64,000 bases of DNA from Phoronis australis (Eukaryota; Animalia; Phoronida), in contig NMRA01000141.1 in assembly GCA_002633005.1 (NCBI GenBank), forward strand, positions 124,001 to 188,000. The letters run 5' to 3'. Position 1 is the first letter of the stretch. Every line of letters starts with the position of its first letter. Below are positions 1-12,400 of the stretch, one piece after another. The translations under genes and the position numbers were made by a program. Below the pieces are notes generated by a model that saw only the letters and a program-made list of their open reading frames with translations, ran no database searches and was not told the DNA's origin.

Positions 1-1594
1 TGATGTTGAGAATACTCTTTGCAAAGTTTATTACCGCCCTAATTGGTTCGTGTACTTTGTTACGAACAAGGTCACTACAGAAAGCAACTCGATCCCTTGG
101 GTTTTTACAATTTTCTCAGCACAATTCGTTTACTGCTCTGTATCGATAGCTTTGCTAATGTCAACAGATTCGTAAATATGTCGTTAGTGATACGAGTTTA
201 TTTTTTTCATTTGAATAATTGCCATGCAAATGTCATACAAACCTAAACTAGTGCATCTACCGGTACAAGCGGTCGCTGTGCACTTAACTGGTGTCCCCAT
301 GGAATCGTAATAAAGGAATGGATGCCAACAAGTTTTAAGGTACATGCAATCTCCTCAGTGCTGTCTACGGTTGTCTTGAACACATTCACTCCCTTTCACG
401 CTTAGAAGTTAAAGTCCTAATTGCACATGATTTCAACAGGTATTAAAGTTGTAAAACATGTTATCAGGAAGCCAGAGGTACCTAAGAAGTCATCACAGTG
501 AAATTCGTAGGCGAAGTTACACTTGGCATGATCTGGAGCCGAGGTACACTTCAACATTTTAGATTTACCGAGAAAAAAGCGAGAGTCATTCAGGAACAAT
601 TGAATGACAAAGCTGTCTATTTGACTGTGCTCAGTGTGTTTGGCAGACAGTAAAACTTCGGTAAACATATAAGTAACAACGAACATGCAATATCAAAATA
701 TTAAGTAAAATTGCTTTGCAGTACGTACATTCAGGCAACTGACGAAGGTTTTAAAAACAAAATTCGACTGTGAAAAACTAAGACTCCTCAGTCGACGGCC
801 AAGACTTCGACCGAAGTCCGACGGCTGCTTTAGTAAGATAAAACCACCCATCATTGCCAGTGATATTGACAAGGAAACTTTTATCAAGCGTTGACCTAAA
901 ATCCTGGAATTTTTACACATTTGCAATTTTAGCAAACAAAAATTTTTCCACAGGTGTCTCCGGCTACTTTGGCCGCCGACATAAGCACAAATAGTGAAGA
1001 CCTAGTTGTTCTTGGGATGAAACAGCTTTCAAAATAACTTTATAAAAATACTTCATATATGGGCGACTAGAGCTGTTTAATTGTTGATGAGCTTAGCAAA
1101 AAACTAACAGGGAGAATTTCTATTACGCCTGATGCGTTCGCGTAGGCTACAACATGAACCCCGACGGAACAAGCGAGTTCGGTGCAGGACGATAGCTCAG
1201 TTGACCACGGGTCCTGAATAAACCACACTTCATTACACTTCTCCTTTAGCCAACTTGTGATTCCCATTAATTAAGGACGGACTTTCATTCGTAGACAAAG
1301 GTGAATAATGATCGTGAACATTTTCACGTTGATATGTTTTGTTACCGCTGGTAAGAAAACTATTGTGCTTGACAGACGTGGTCACAAAAATTCCTAAACA
1401 AAGGACTATGAGACGAGGAAAAGTTAAGGAAGTCTTGCTAACCCCAAACACACTTCCTTTGATATTCTAAGCAACACTATGTTAACAGCCTTCTATTTAT
1501 ATGCAGCTAGTCCCTGCCGTGCAACGTCGAGCGAGTCAAGAAGAGCCTCTGTGTATTTCCTCATACTGATGCAAACGTCACACTTTATAGGTAA

Positions 1595-2290
1595 ATGCTG
1601 AAAGTGGTGGAAGAAGGTGCCCACACTATCAGAATTCTCAATGACATCTCTGACGTGTTCGTGCCCTTTGTTCATGGGACATCACAGATGTCAGTTGACG
1701 CCAACATTCAAAGGGAGAAGTGGAATGGTAGTATTTCGGATGTAATGGAACAGTTCAGAGATAAGGCCCTATCAAGTGCACTCAACTTATCGAAATTCAC
1801 ACAAAGTCAGGTTGTGCACGACACTGTTTGGTCTCTTTGGAAATGGAAAGCTGGGGGTTCTCATACTCTGAGCATTTCAGAGCTCGACCACGTATTGGAA
1901 GAGTCTGTGCTACCCACGCTAAGCTTCGGGAAACTTCGTATGCATTCTTCTTACAGTTCATTTGTATCGGCAGAAGAGTTGTCAAACAATGAATGATGCC
2001 CGTGTCGACTTCTACCGTGGGCGAAACTCTGGCCATACATGTATCTTCAGATGTTGCTGTGTAAGGCAGATGACCACTGACATACATGTACACCGTAAAA
2101 TAAATGAAAAGCCAACTTTGGATGGAAAGTCGGCACCTCTACAGTAACACTGGCCACGTCCACAGTACCAAGCTCTACTTGCTGTATATAGTTGCAGTTG
2201 TACTTCAGAAAGACAGACATGTCACGACAGACACGGCAGTTGCAACAGTGATACATGTACCCTGTACTGCATGGACTATTACAAGTGGAA
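1595..2290 (+). mobile_element. Decayed DNA-transposon protein remnant with PIN/XPG-like nuclease and Cys-rich C-terminus (AcademX-like)
   Basis: Motifs across frameshifts: IRILNDISDVFV (DTDV-like), SGC..DT (1807), FGNGK (1836-1850, H3TH-like), QMLLCKADD, FGW, and ALLAVYSCSCTSERQTCHDRHGSCNSDTCTLYC (from 2172). Confidence 0.55.
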
Positions 2291-2548
2291 GGCAAGAGTA
2301 TTTTGTTGCATAAGGTACATCTGGCAAGTAGGTTAACACTGAAGACGGTGACTGAAAAGCAGGTGTCAATGATGACTAAGTATGCACCTGTCACCGATAC
2401 TTAAATTTGCACATGTATATAAATCCAAATTCAAACACGTGCAACTGCCTTAATCTTCCTACACGTATATGCATATTGAACTTGGCGACAAATTGAAGTT
2501 AATTGCATTAAATCACCTACATAACAACACGTATATGCTTGGTTTAAT

Positions 2549-3260
2549 CAAGGAGTGTAGTACAATAGGAGAGTTCACTTGTGAGTTCATCGTAATCGCT
2601 ACCACTAGCGCCACCAAGTGGTGAATAAGCAACAGTCAAGTAGGAAGCGTGAGAACAATGGGAAGGGCGCATTTTGCAGTGCGATAAATTGCACTAATTC
2701 ATCCTCGAAAACCCCCCATACGTGTCAGTTTTAACATTTACTAAGGATTCAGTAATGTAAGGATGATTTGCTATTCAAAATATGATACATCGTCTTTCAT
2801 TTTGTGTGTTCTGTTCACGGTTGGAGGACAACTCGATCGCAGTCCCTATGCCGCTGTCATCTGCAGTGTAGGCTACTGCACAGGCTACGCTCTGCCTTCT
2901 GCAGATACTTTGTTGTCAATGTAGGTCTACTAAAATTATATTTGAGGGAGCATCAGAATGGAATACAGTGTTGTGGTAGTGATGAATTGTCTTACTTTCT
3001 TATTCTTAGCAAGGGCGGATCCAGGATTTTGAGTCAGGGGGCCAGGGCAGAGTATTAGCCAGGATTTTGCCCGTCAGAAATTCGCACCCCTGAACTATCA
3101 AATGGAATTTTGAAGAGCTTTAGGAGGTTTCATGGCCCCTTTGGCCCCCCTCTAATTCCACCACTGCTAACTTGTGTTACACCTACTGCACAAGCTAATT
3201 GTCTGCACTCTAGCAGCTTGGTGTATTCAATAGGGAACACATTCAAAATTGTTGGTTGGA
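2549..3260 (+). mobile_element. P-element-like non-autonomous element, copy 1 (interrupted by a MITE, 3' end lost)
   Basis: Starts CAAGGAGTGT and is colinear with 39583-40090, including the THAP-like start (...FCSAINCTNS). MITE inserted at 3010-3156. Homology ends at ...ggttggaca just before the right TIR. Confidence 0.75.
3010..3156. mobile_element. MITE of the CAGGGGCGGATCC/CAGTG family inserted in the P-like element
   Basis: Reverse-orientation homologue of 6292-6454. Flanks CTTAG/CTAAC each differ by one base from the empty-site CTTAC seen in the 39583 copy. Confidence 0.7.
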
Positions 3261-4485
3261 CATGAAACGCGCCATGAGCTCGGAGCACTTTGTAATGAAA
3301 AGTTGGAAAACACCCAGGACTGTACTGGGGCATGATGGCCACCAGTCATTACAAGCAAAATTCCTTGAGGTCATGCTCAAAACGAGGGCCAAATCTCATC
3401 ACCGCCTCAGCACATGTTGTCTGTGGTCAGGGTAACAAACAAAATTTGTGGCGATGGGAGGGTCTCAACAATCTTGTGGCATACCCCACACTTACAAATT
3501 AATCGACACTGGTTGCTACTGGAGCGGTCGCGCCTTTGTTGATAAGGGCCTGGACATCCTCTGTAAGGAGTTTTGCCTCTGTTTTTGAGAATGTGGTGCA
3601 GAAAATTTTCCCTGGGTCGGTCGTTCGAACAGATGGAGTGCTTTACCCTGAAGTTTCTGCAGCACCCAGGTATTGTTTCTTAGCCTTCGCCAATTGCGTA
3701 AACATCGGGCAATTCGTCTACCTAGCGGCGTTATGTTTGTTGAAGGAACAGGGACAAACAAAGAGCGAACCTGAGTGTTCGAGTATTTTGCGAGTACGTA
3801 AGTGGGACTTCCTGNGGGGGCCATGGCCCCTTTGGCCCCCCTCTAATTCCGCCACTGCTAACTTGTGTTACACCTACTGCACAAGCTAATTGTCTGCACT
3901 CTAGCAGCTGGGTGTATTCAATAGGGAACACATTCAAAATTGTTGGTTGGACATGAAACGCGCCATGAGCTCGGAGCACTTTGTAATGAAAAGTTGGAAA
4001 ACACCCAGGACTGTACTGGGGCATGATGGCCACCAGTCATTACAAGCAAAATTCCTTGAGGTCATGCTCGAAACGAGGGCCAAATCTCATCACCGCCTCA
4101 GCACATGTTGTCTGTGGTCAGGGTAACAAACAAAATTTGTGGCGATGGGAGGGTCTCAACAATCTTGTGACATACCCCATTGGGTGTTACTGGAGCGGTC
4201 GCGCCTTTGTTGATAAGGGCCTGGACTTCCTCTGTGAGGAGTTTTGCCTCTGTTTTTGAGAATGTGGGGCAGAAAATTTTTCCTGGGTTGGTCGTTCGAA
4301 CGGATGGAGTGCTTTACCCTGAAGTTTCTGCAGCGCCCAGGTGTTGTTTCTTAGCCTTCGCCAATTGCGTAAACATCGGGCAATTCGTCTACCTAGCGGC
4401 GTTATGTTTGTTGAAGGAACAGGGACAAACAAAGAGCGAACCTGAGTGTTCGAGTATTTTGCGAGTACGTAAGTGGGACTTCCTG
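3131..4485 (+). repeat. Near-identical tandem duplication of about 0.68 kb joined at an N
   Basis: 3131-3814 is repeated at about 3822-4485 with a few SNPs and one small indel region. The N at 3815 sits at the junction. Confidence 0.9.
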
Positions 4486-4700
4486 GCTTGGCACACCTAG
4501 TGACCAGCGTAAAACCTGTACACGGTTGTATTGGTGCTGTTATTGTGTTTGGCTTGTCCCGCCCATCGCGAGGGGGCCGGGAGTTTTTAGCCGTGGTCTG
4601 CGAGAGTTACTGTTTGTGGTTGACGTACGCTTGTTGAAGAAGGATGCGTGCGCAATTTTCGTCTTTGAAGGACTAGTGCGCAAACATTCTGACTGGCACA
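3262..4700 (-). mobile_element. DIRS-type (tyrosine recombinase) retrotransposon fragment, RT N-terminal region, present twice
   Basis: GRRIARCLRNWRRLRNNTWVLQKLQG...P-Q and, in a shifted frame, EAKLLTEEVQALINKGATAPV match the DIRS pattern GGRL..F...W.....D.WVL....G / EV..LL.KGAI. Confidence 0.65.
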
Positions 4701-4899
4701 GAATGCAATTATTATAATTACTCCATTCTTACGAAATGAAATACCACAAAAACAACAAACAGTCGACTTTCTACTTTTGGCGCGAACTTTCAGACGGGTA
4801 TCGGCTGCTTTTTAGTTCCCTCGCAAGGCCGCTAGGTTTGTGTATGTCACGTGATATGCGCGAAGCGACTTGCCCATAGAATCTTGATGTGGGGGGGGG

Positions 4900-5233
4900 G
4901 TAGAATGTTGTCAAGACTATAGAATATTGGCAAGATTTAAAATATATTGACAAGATTTACAAGATTTTTAAAATGTTGACATTTTTATTAATGTTTAAAA
5001 TGTTGGCAAGATTTTTTTGAAAATGTTGGCAAGGTTTTTAAGATATTGACAAGATTTAAGTAAAATGTTGGCAAGATTTTTACAATGTTGTTAAGGGTTT
5101 TAAAATGTTGACAAGATTTAAGTAAAATGTTGGAAAGATTTTAAAAATCTTAACAACATTCTAAATGTTGATGATATTGTCATGATCTTGGAGTGTAAAT
5201 CTGTGTTGAATTTCTTCCGCATTGGGATTCCAT
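4900..5233. repeat. Degenerate ~21-22 bp tandem array (aaaatgttgacaagatttt), probably subterminal repeats of a DNA transposon
   Basis: Repeated AAAATGTTG(A/G)CAAGATTT motif. The array ends near ...gggattccata, which resembles a TAYGG-type terminus on the minus strand. Confidence 0.6.
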
Positions 5234-5556
5234 AGAAACGGCTTGTGAGCTCGCTTCCAGTGTACGCAGTAAAGAGAGCGCAAAATCAATCCTTTTTGGC
5301 ACTCGACATTATTTAAATTGAAATAAACCAATTTTTCTCAGATAGTTTCGACAGATGGCCGTCCAGTCTGCAAATCAAGACACTTGCATGTAAAAGAGTG
5401 TTAATAGAACACGTGCTTCGCTTTTAATACATTACGATATCAAGTACTTGTGGCCAGCCCAGTTTGTTTTGAGTCAGGTTACAAAACATGAACATAAAAC
5501 CGAGGTTGGATAAACTTGTCTGAACAGGGCTATCCTTCTTTTCGCGAGTGCTAAAA

Positions 5557-5633
5557 CATGGGCGGCGCGCCATAGGGGGCTGGGGGTCTTTAGCCCCCCC
5601 CCCCCTACTTTTTTCATTGCTGCGCCGCCCATG
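5557..5633. mobile_element. Short hairpin MITE, CATGGGCGGCGC family
   Basis: Perfect 12-bp TIR catgggcggcgc/gcgccgcccatg; 5-bp TSD TAAAA; internal G/C hairpin. Confidence 0.85.
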
Positions 5634-6291
5634 TAAAAAGCACCCATCTGGAACACCTCGGGTATTTTCGCAGCATCAAATTATGTTCCAGAGCATCTAG
5701 AACACCGCGGATATTTTCGTAGCCGCGAAAATTATCACTCTGAGATAGGTGTTTCATATCTGCGCATGCACATGTTCAAGAAGCCATGTGACTCAAAACG
5801 AAAAGCGAAGTCGAATGAGTCAGGATACTCTTTACACTCTTTCACAGACCTACAAAAGGTAGCACTGTCGAATGTTGTTTAACATGGCTTTTCGTCGGTT
5901 AAAGTAATGAAACTGACGTCATTCCCATTGGTTGAAATCTGGGGAAACCCCTTTCAGTTTACTGTTACGCAGTGTGGCGGCCACCTTTGACTTGAATGGT
6001 TGCAATTCATGATTAAAACGGGCAGTGATCGAAGTAAACAAAATCAAGGAAACCCCGATCCCGTAGCTTAAGCTCAAGCAAGTACAGTGCATAAAGGCGT
6101 GTGCAAGTGGTGGTGATGTAGTCGGTATACTTCCTACCATAGCATGCGCACTGATGCTCACACACGGAATTTCGTGTGTCGTTCATCATGTTTCCACAGG
6201 ACCATTTTTCAGTATAGGTGGCGCTGTGCAGAGGGTAGGATACTCTTGCGATAATAGCCTTGAACAAGAGTAACAGTACATGCAGACAAAC

Positions 6292-6454
6292 CAGTGTCGG
6301 GTTTACAGGGGGCCATGGGAGCCATGCCCCCCCCCCCCTAAAATTCTCATGGCTAGATTTTATTTGGCAATTCGGGGTTGCGAATGCTTGACGGGCAAAA
6401 TCCTGGCTAATACTCTGCCCTGCCCCCCGGCTCAAAATCCTGGATCCGCCCCTG
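6292..6454. mobile_element. MITE (CAGTG...GGATCCGCCCCTG family)
   Basis: CAG...CTG termini; 5-bp TSD CAAAC (6287-6291 and 6455-6459); homologous to 3010-3156. Confidence 0.8.
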
Positions 6455-9400
6455 CAAACGATTGAAACTTAAAATCACGTATTGTCATTTGAGACCTGTG
6501 AGCCGGACTGAATCTACGTCTCCTGTCCAAATACTTTTCCTGAACATGATTGAATTCTGCTCATGCGCACGTATGAAACGCCTCCGAGGATAACTTGAGC
6601 CTACGTAAATACCCGAGGAGTTCCGGATTCCCCTCGAAGGTGCTTCGTGTATCTTCGCCAGTTCTCACCGGGTTTTGCCTGCCTGTGCACATGTCACTCG
6701 GCTCGACGTCTGTCTTCCACTCTGTCGAAAATTCTGCGAACAAAATAAAAAGTCTTAAGTCGTTTCACATCAAACTGCTACACACTTTATGCTGTCTCTT
6801 ATTTTGGTCCTTTCATTTCATTCGAAAAAGGACGCGAGATTCCAAAAAGGTGAAAAGAAACGCAAAATGAACAATTTTCATCCCAAAACTACCTCCTCCC
6901 TTGGCAAGTCTAGATATAACTCAACACTAGATTGTGAAAGCAAATTTCCTACAGATTGCAAAAGTGTGGACTTTCTTCATTCCCACCATGTTCACAAATA
7001 CAAACAAACTAAATTCACTGAACCTAGAAATGATAAATTTAGGGTCTGTGCTTGAGTACGTTACGGTTTATGCATAGAATGAATTTCTAGTCCAAATTCG
7101 CATTTGCTGACCCTTAGTTCAGACTCGACATTTTAGCCTTACTGCCAAGGTCATCAAGTGCAAACTATGATTAGACAGTTGTCCACGTAAAGCATTGTTC
7201 ACTCGAGCATACAATAATAGACACTTGTCGTGATTTTGCACAAAACTAGCATAAAAAATGCCAAAAATAATTTAGATTTCGAGTAAAAAGATTATACCCT
7301 GGCACTGGTCAGTCGAGAACGTTTCAATAATAAAGGAAACCCTCACACTTCAAAATGCCCACGAACGCAGGCAGTCATCGAGTGACGACGTGACAATATA
7401 CCTGCTTTCACTTTGGAAAGAAATAGTGTTAAAGATCTTTTAGAGGACCCGAAGAAAATTTCGACCTCTGTTTACGGTGAACTGGGCAAATTTATTTTTC
7501 TGAAGTTCATCTCGTAACATATAACATGTCCCTTTCGTGATTCGGAAATTTTAACCCATTGGTCATTTTCAAAGGTTCATTTTATAACATTCTCCCACAA
7601 GTCTCCTTACAAAGTTCACTCTGATGACAACCCAAACATCAACCCAATCGATAAACAATGTAGAAAACTCGTCTTTCTCGCTAAAAGCAGCCTACTCACG
7701 ATGATAGCTCTTTAGAAAATGTGCAAAGAGCGTACAGGTATTAGTTTTATGAAGTCTCATGAACGTATGATTGGGTAAATATGTTTACACGTGTGCAAAA
7801 CTTACTCACGTTTGCACTGAAATTTTGTCCACGTAAACAGACCATCAGATTTATTATAATATAATGCAGTATATAAAGATAAATCATCTAACTATAAAGA
7901 TATGAAAACAGAGTCTAAAACGACTATAATACTTTAGTTAACAGAAACTGTAAAACGGAGTAACTTAGGTAAATCTATGAATGTTGGCTACAATGGCAAA
8001 AACCAATCATTACTTTAGAATAATACTGAGATCCGCAATCCCAGAATGCTCTGGGGTGTCCTGACACGTTCCATAGCATTCTCCATATGAAAGTCACTAT
8101 ATCGATTAACATGCACGGATGTGCAGGTATGAAACACCTCCGAGTGAAAATTCGAGGCTTATGAAAATATCCGATGTGTTCCGGATGATTAAGCGTCAAC
8201 AATTTATTTGTTGTTTGCGGGATATTTCCTGTCAGATTAGCAGAATTTTGCTCCGGAATTGTAACTGAAATCAAACTTTCTTCTCAGAGACATTCTTTGT
8301 AAAAACAGAACTCGATCTGCTGTGTTGGTCGCAGGTGTTTATTTTATCTTCAAACTGTACTATGATTATGTAATTTTAATTGAATTAAAATGACAATTGG
8401 GTTAGAAACGTAGAGAGAAAAAGAATATGAGGTGGCCCGTGAAATGGTATTTTTAGTTCTTCGCAACCATGAAATTAGTCGTTTCAATATTCGTGATAAC
8501 TGAGATAATTAAGTTGTTTTAGCAATCTTTGAGCGCAATGATTTTTTTACCGCGGCCACTTTAATGCGGATGAAAAGCACGTTTCTTTTTTAATTTGTGA
8601 AATGTGAATACTAGTGACGAAGCATTATTCAGTAAATCCAAATGAAGTTGAGTTGTTACGTAATTAGTTCGTTAATCTAAATTTAGATCGTCGATGTCGG
8701 CTTGTTGTCAAAGACGTTGAAGTTTGCTATTAACAAATGTCGATTTGCTTTCTGTTCACTAATTAACGCGAATTTAAAACTGCATTTCGTCCAGTTCAGT
8801 TGGCTAAACAACGAAAATTGAATTGGGATTTTTTCACATCATCGGTATCAAAATGTTCCTTACCATGACAGGATTCTATTTCCGTTTCCAACTCAAATCA
8901 CAGGCAATGTGTACGTGCGCCATTTTGGTTTGACAGATGAGAGGTTGGCCAAATCCAATAAACTGAAGGGTTTCATTCCGTCGCTCATCATTTTGTTATT
9001 ATTGGTTACGGAAATAGAACTGTGACAGTAAGGACTGCCATGAGACCGATTGTCATGAGACGGATTTTGCGAGAGTAGCCTAAAAGGTTTAATTTGTTTT
9101 TCGTTACTAGTCAGCTAAACGGAGAAATGCACCGATCGGCATCTACATGTACTACGCCATTAGGAGACAACAATGGTTTCAGCCGGTTGTTGTTGGCGGA
9201 GACAATACGTTCGTTAGCAGATATAAGTGAAAACACGTACTTCTGATCTCTGATGACTTGGTGTACAATTGTTTGCTACTTATATCGTACGTACTCACTG
9301 ATCCAAAACCTTCCAATTCATAGGTTTTGATCCTGTTTCTATCCGTCGCCAGTGTAGCCAAGTCGGCCGCGTAACAACACAGTAGATTGTAAGATTGCTA

Positions 9401-12400
9401 TTTCTAAACGAATAGTCTGTGTATATTCTCATTTATTATATTATAATCATCTCATATATACTCCACTTGCAAATGGCGAATATTTTGCAAATATGCATTT
9501 ATGGATTTCCCAAAGTTCTAGGAAGTGAGCCTCAATTCCAACCTATTCAACGTCAGATGTCGATTTTTCAAACTGCACTACTCTTGCCAGAATTAGTCAA
9601 TCCAGCCAGCTTGGGTCAACATGGGCTGTGCATCAGGAAAATTATATTTGATATTAATTTAAAAGCCAAGCCAGGATAAATGCTTCGCGACCAACAGTCC
9701 GTAGCTCAGACCTATCCTTTTTCCCAGGGTTTCATTTAACAAGTTTTGTAGATGTTGTGAAGCAACCCAGACATCCAAGAATGACAGTTTACGCAACTAA
9801 CATGTCGAACTACCTTTACTAACCTGCTCATCCCTGCGAGTGGACTGTTCTATCTGTTTAAATGGCAAAGACTAGAGATCCACGTGCATACGGACACTTT
9901 CTTTCGGTTTGGCACGATTTGGTTATCACCTAGAGGCGACCAAGCTTGTGAGGTAAGTGACATTGTCCACAGCAAATGAACTTGCACGGGCACACGTTCT
10001 TACAGGACAGCTTACATCGAAAAAGAGTGCAGTCAGCTCAAACTCCAACACTGGGAAGATTTCTCGTTTTCCTTTGCAGCCTTTCTCTACTGGAAAGCGA
10101 CGTTTCACAGGTATTTTCATTTATTAAAAGCATCATTGACTAACCAGGTTACATCAACTCCCAATTTCAGCTGAAATGCAAAACGACAGAAGCTCAGATG
10201 TTATCAAAAAATGAAATTAATTGTTTTTTCTCAACTGAAGATTTTTGTTAGCATTCATTGGGCAGTTCTATCTATTTTTTTCAAACAACATAAACATGGC
10301 AACAGTAGATGTCGTTTAGTCATATCATTTCTTAACTGTACGACTTCCATCGATTTTTACACTGCTGAAGTTTAAACGTGATTTCACCTTCGTCATACTA
10401 CCCATGGGTTTTAACTTTTAAATGAATTATGACGACCATTAAACTGAAACAGGTCTGCTAAGCCTGCTTACGCATTTACTAGAATTGTATAGCTATATAT
10501 AAATATATCACACCGAAGTGGGCTTGTCAACAGCTTGCAAGTGAATTAATGAATTTTAATGAACATAATTATGTAGGAAGTACTTCTCGACAAGCTTTAA
10601 CACTTTGAAAAGTACCCATGTAACTTGACGTTTTCGCTTGAAGTGGTACAATTACAAAAATCGTCAAAAATTCGAGACGGATAATTTGTCACGATAAAAT
10701 ATAACTCTCTCTTCTCGCAAAAAGGGTTGTTACCATCTTAAAGGATACGATTACTTGTTTTGAGGATTTTATCCAATTTGCTTGCTGAAAACAAAGCAGG
10801 CATGCCGCGTTGCGCAGACGAGACGATCTCGCGAAGACGCAAGGTTTCGCGAGATATCTCCATGTATTACAAGCAAAACACCTGAACAAACTTGCTTCCA
10901 ACGTGAGATGTTTCCGTTCATGCCACTCAGCCCAACATTAGTCAAAATTTCTGTGTCTGAAAATGATTTTGTGATTGAAGCTGTACCCGCTGTTTTTCCC
11001 CATAGTCATCGATTTTAATCGACTTGAAAGTTGTCTAAAGCGTTGGTCACACTTGTTGACTGAGCAGACTATGTTAATGGGAATGAACAGAGTTCAGTGT
11101 CTGTTTCATTAATCGATGAGAACAACGTGAGATCAGCACCGGGCTCTAACTCACGACGTCAGCGGTAACAATCCAGCGCTTTAGTGTGGAAACTAAATCC
11201 CATTTGTTAAATAGCCAAGCATTTTAAGCGCAGTTAACTGATAAGTCATCTATTCGACAAAAACTACAGGGATTTATTATCATAAACTGTGCTGGTGACT
11301 AAGGTTTTCGAGTAAGGGCGTGCGTTTTACCTAACTATTGAAGCTGCAAACCCCTCAAACACACAGCCTCAAACACCGGGTTCGAACACAGGCTGTACAG
11401 TTAATTAGTAGGAGTGCATTGCCCACGACTTATCACCATGCGCTCGTAAGGGGCAAGGTAACCAATTCTCTCACTTTTGGTTTATCTACAGTTTCCGTGT
11501 CATGCTGGGGTCGAAATGAAGCTCATACTTATAGGACGTCTGGCTTTAACTACTAACGCTTTTCAATCCAATTTTATCTTACGTTGAACTTGGACATTTT
11601 TGATCCGTAGCGGTCAACTTGCTATTCAGCACGTAAGCCAACACTGGCGTGCATTACACAAGAAACGTTCTATTCTGGACATGAATGTTCAACTTGTAGC
11701 TTTAAAGCGAAACTACACTAAAAAATCTGCTGCAAACTACATGTAAGAGACGATTTCATTTTGCCAAATTTCCCTAAGTTCCATCCACGACATGAGTACT
11801 ATCGTGAAGAAGTAAAAGTGTTTTAATGGCCCAGAAATTGTATTATTTTTTTTCGAAAAAAATCGAAAATTAGTAGCACATGAACAAAAGCAAAATCATA
11901 ATAAAACCGAAACGCTTACGAGTCCCAAAGTAATAGTCATGCTAGTTGTGAGTCCATGACTGACATAGGCAATATTCCGCCTTTTTTCATTATCCGTAAT
12001 TTTACAATTCTGTAATTCATTGTAATTTATCTCTTTATTGTGCTGATTATTGTTCCTGCTTCGTAAGTGTTTACTATTTTGTTTACGGGCACATCAAAGC
12101 ATGTTGTCCATTGTGATTAGCTAATTATTCTCAGACAACGCGTTTCGAGTTCCACTTCGATCTGTAAGGAATACCTTTCGCGTCTCGCACGTATTCGAAT
12201 AAGCGGGACAGCTAGCGCGTGTCCATAATACCAAAGGGTAACTCGAGGGCACAAAATCAAAGAAAATCTATTGTTAGCGCAAAATTAAAACCATTCATCA
12301 TTTTGAGTGAGTTAGGAACAGATTAAAATGGATGTCAGAGTGCATGTACTTCTGGCCTCCGTGTATTCGAACGCCAGCAAGTTTTATTACACTGTACGGA

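Noticed and set aside
3536-4500. Plus-strand duplicated ORFs (MLIRAWTSSVRS...)
   Set aside because: Antisense to the DIRS RT remnant; their duplication reflects the tandem or assembly duplication.
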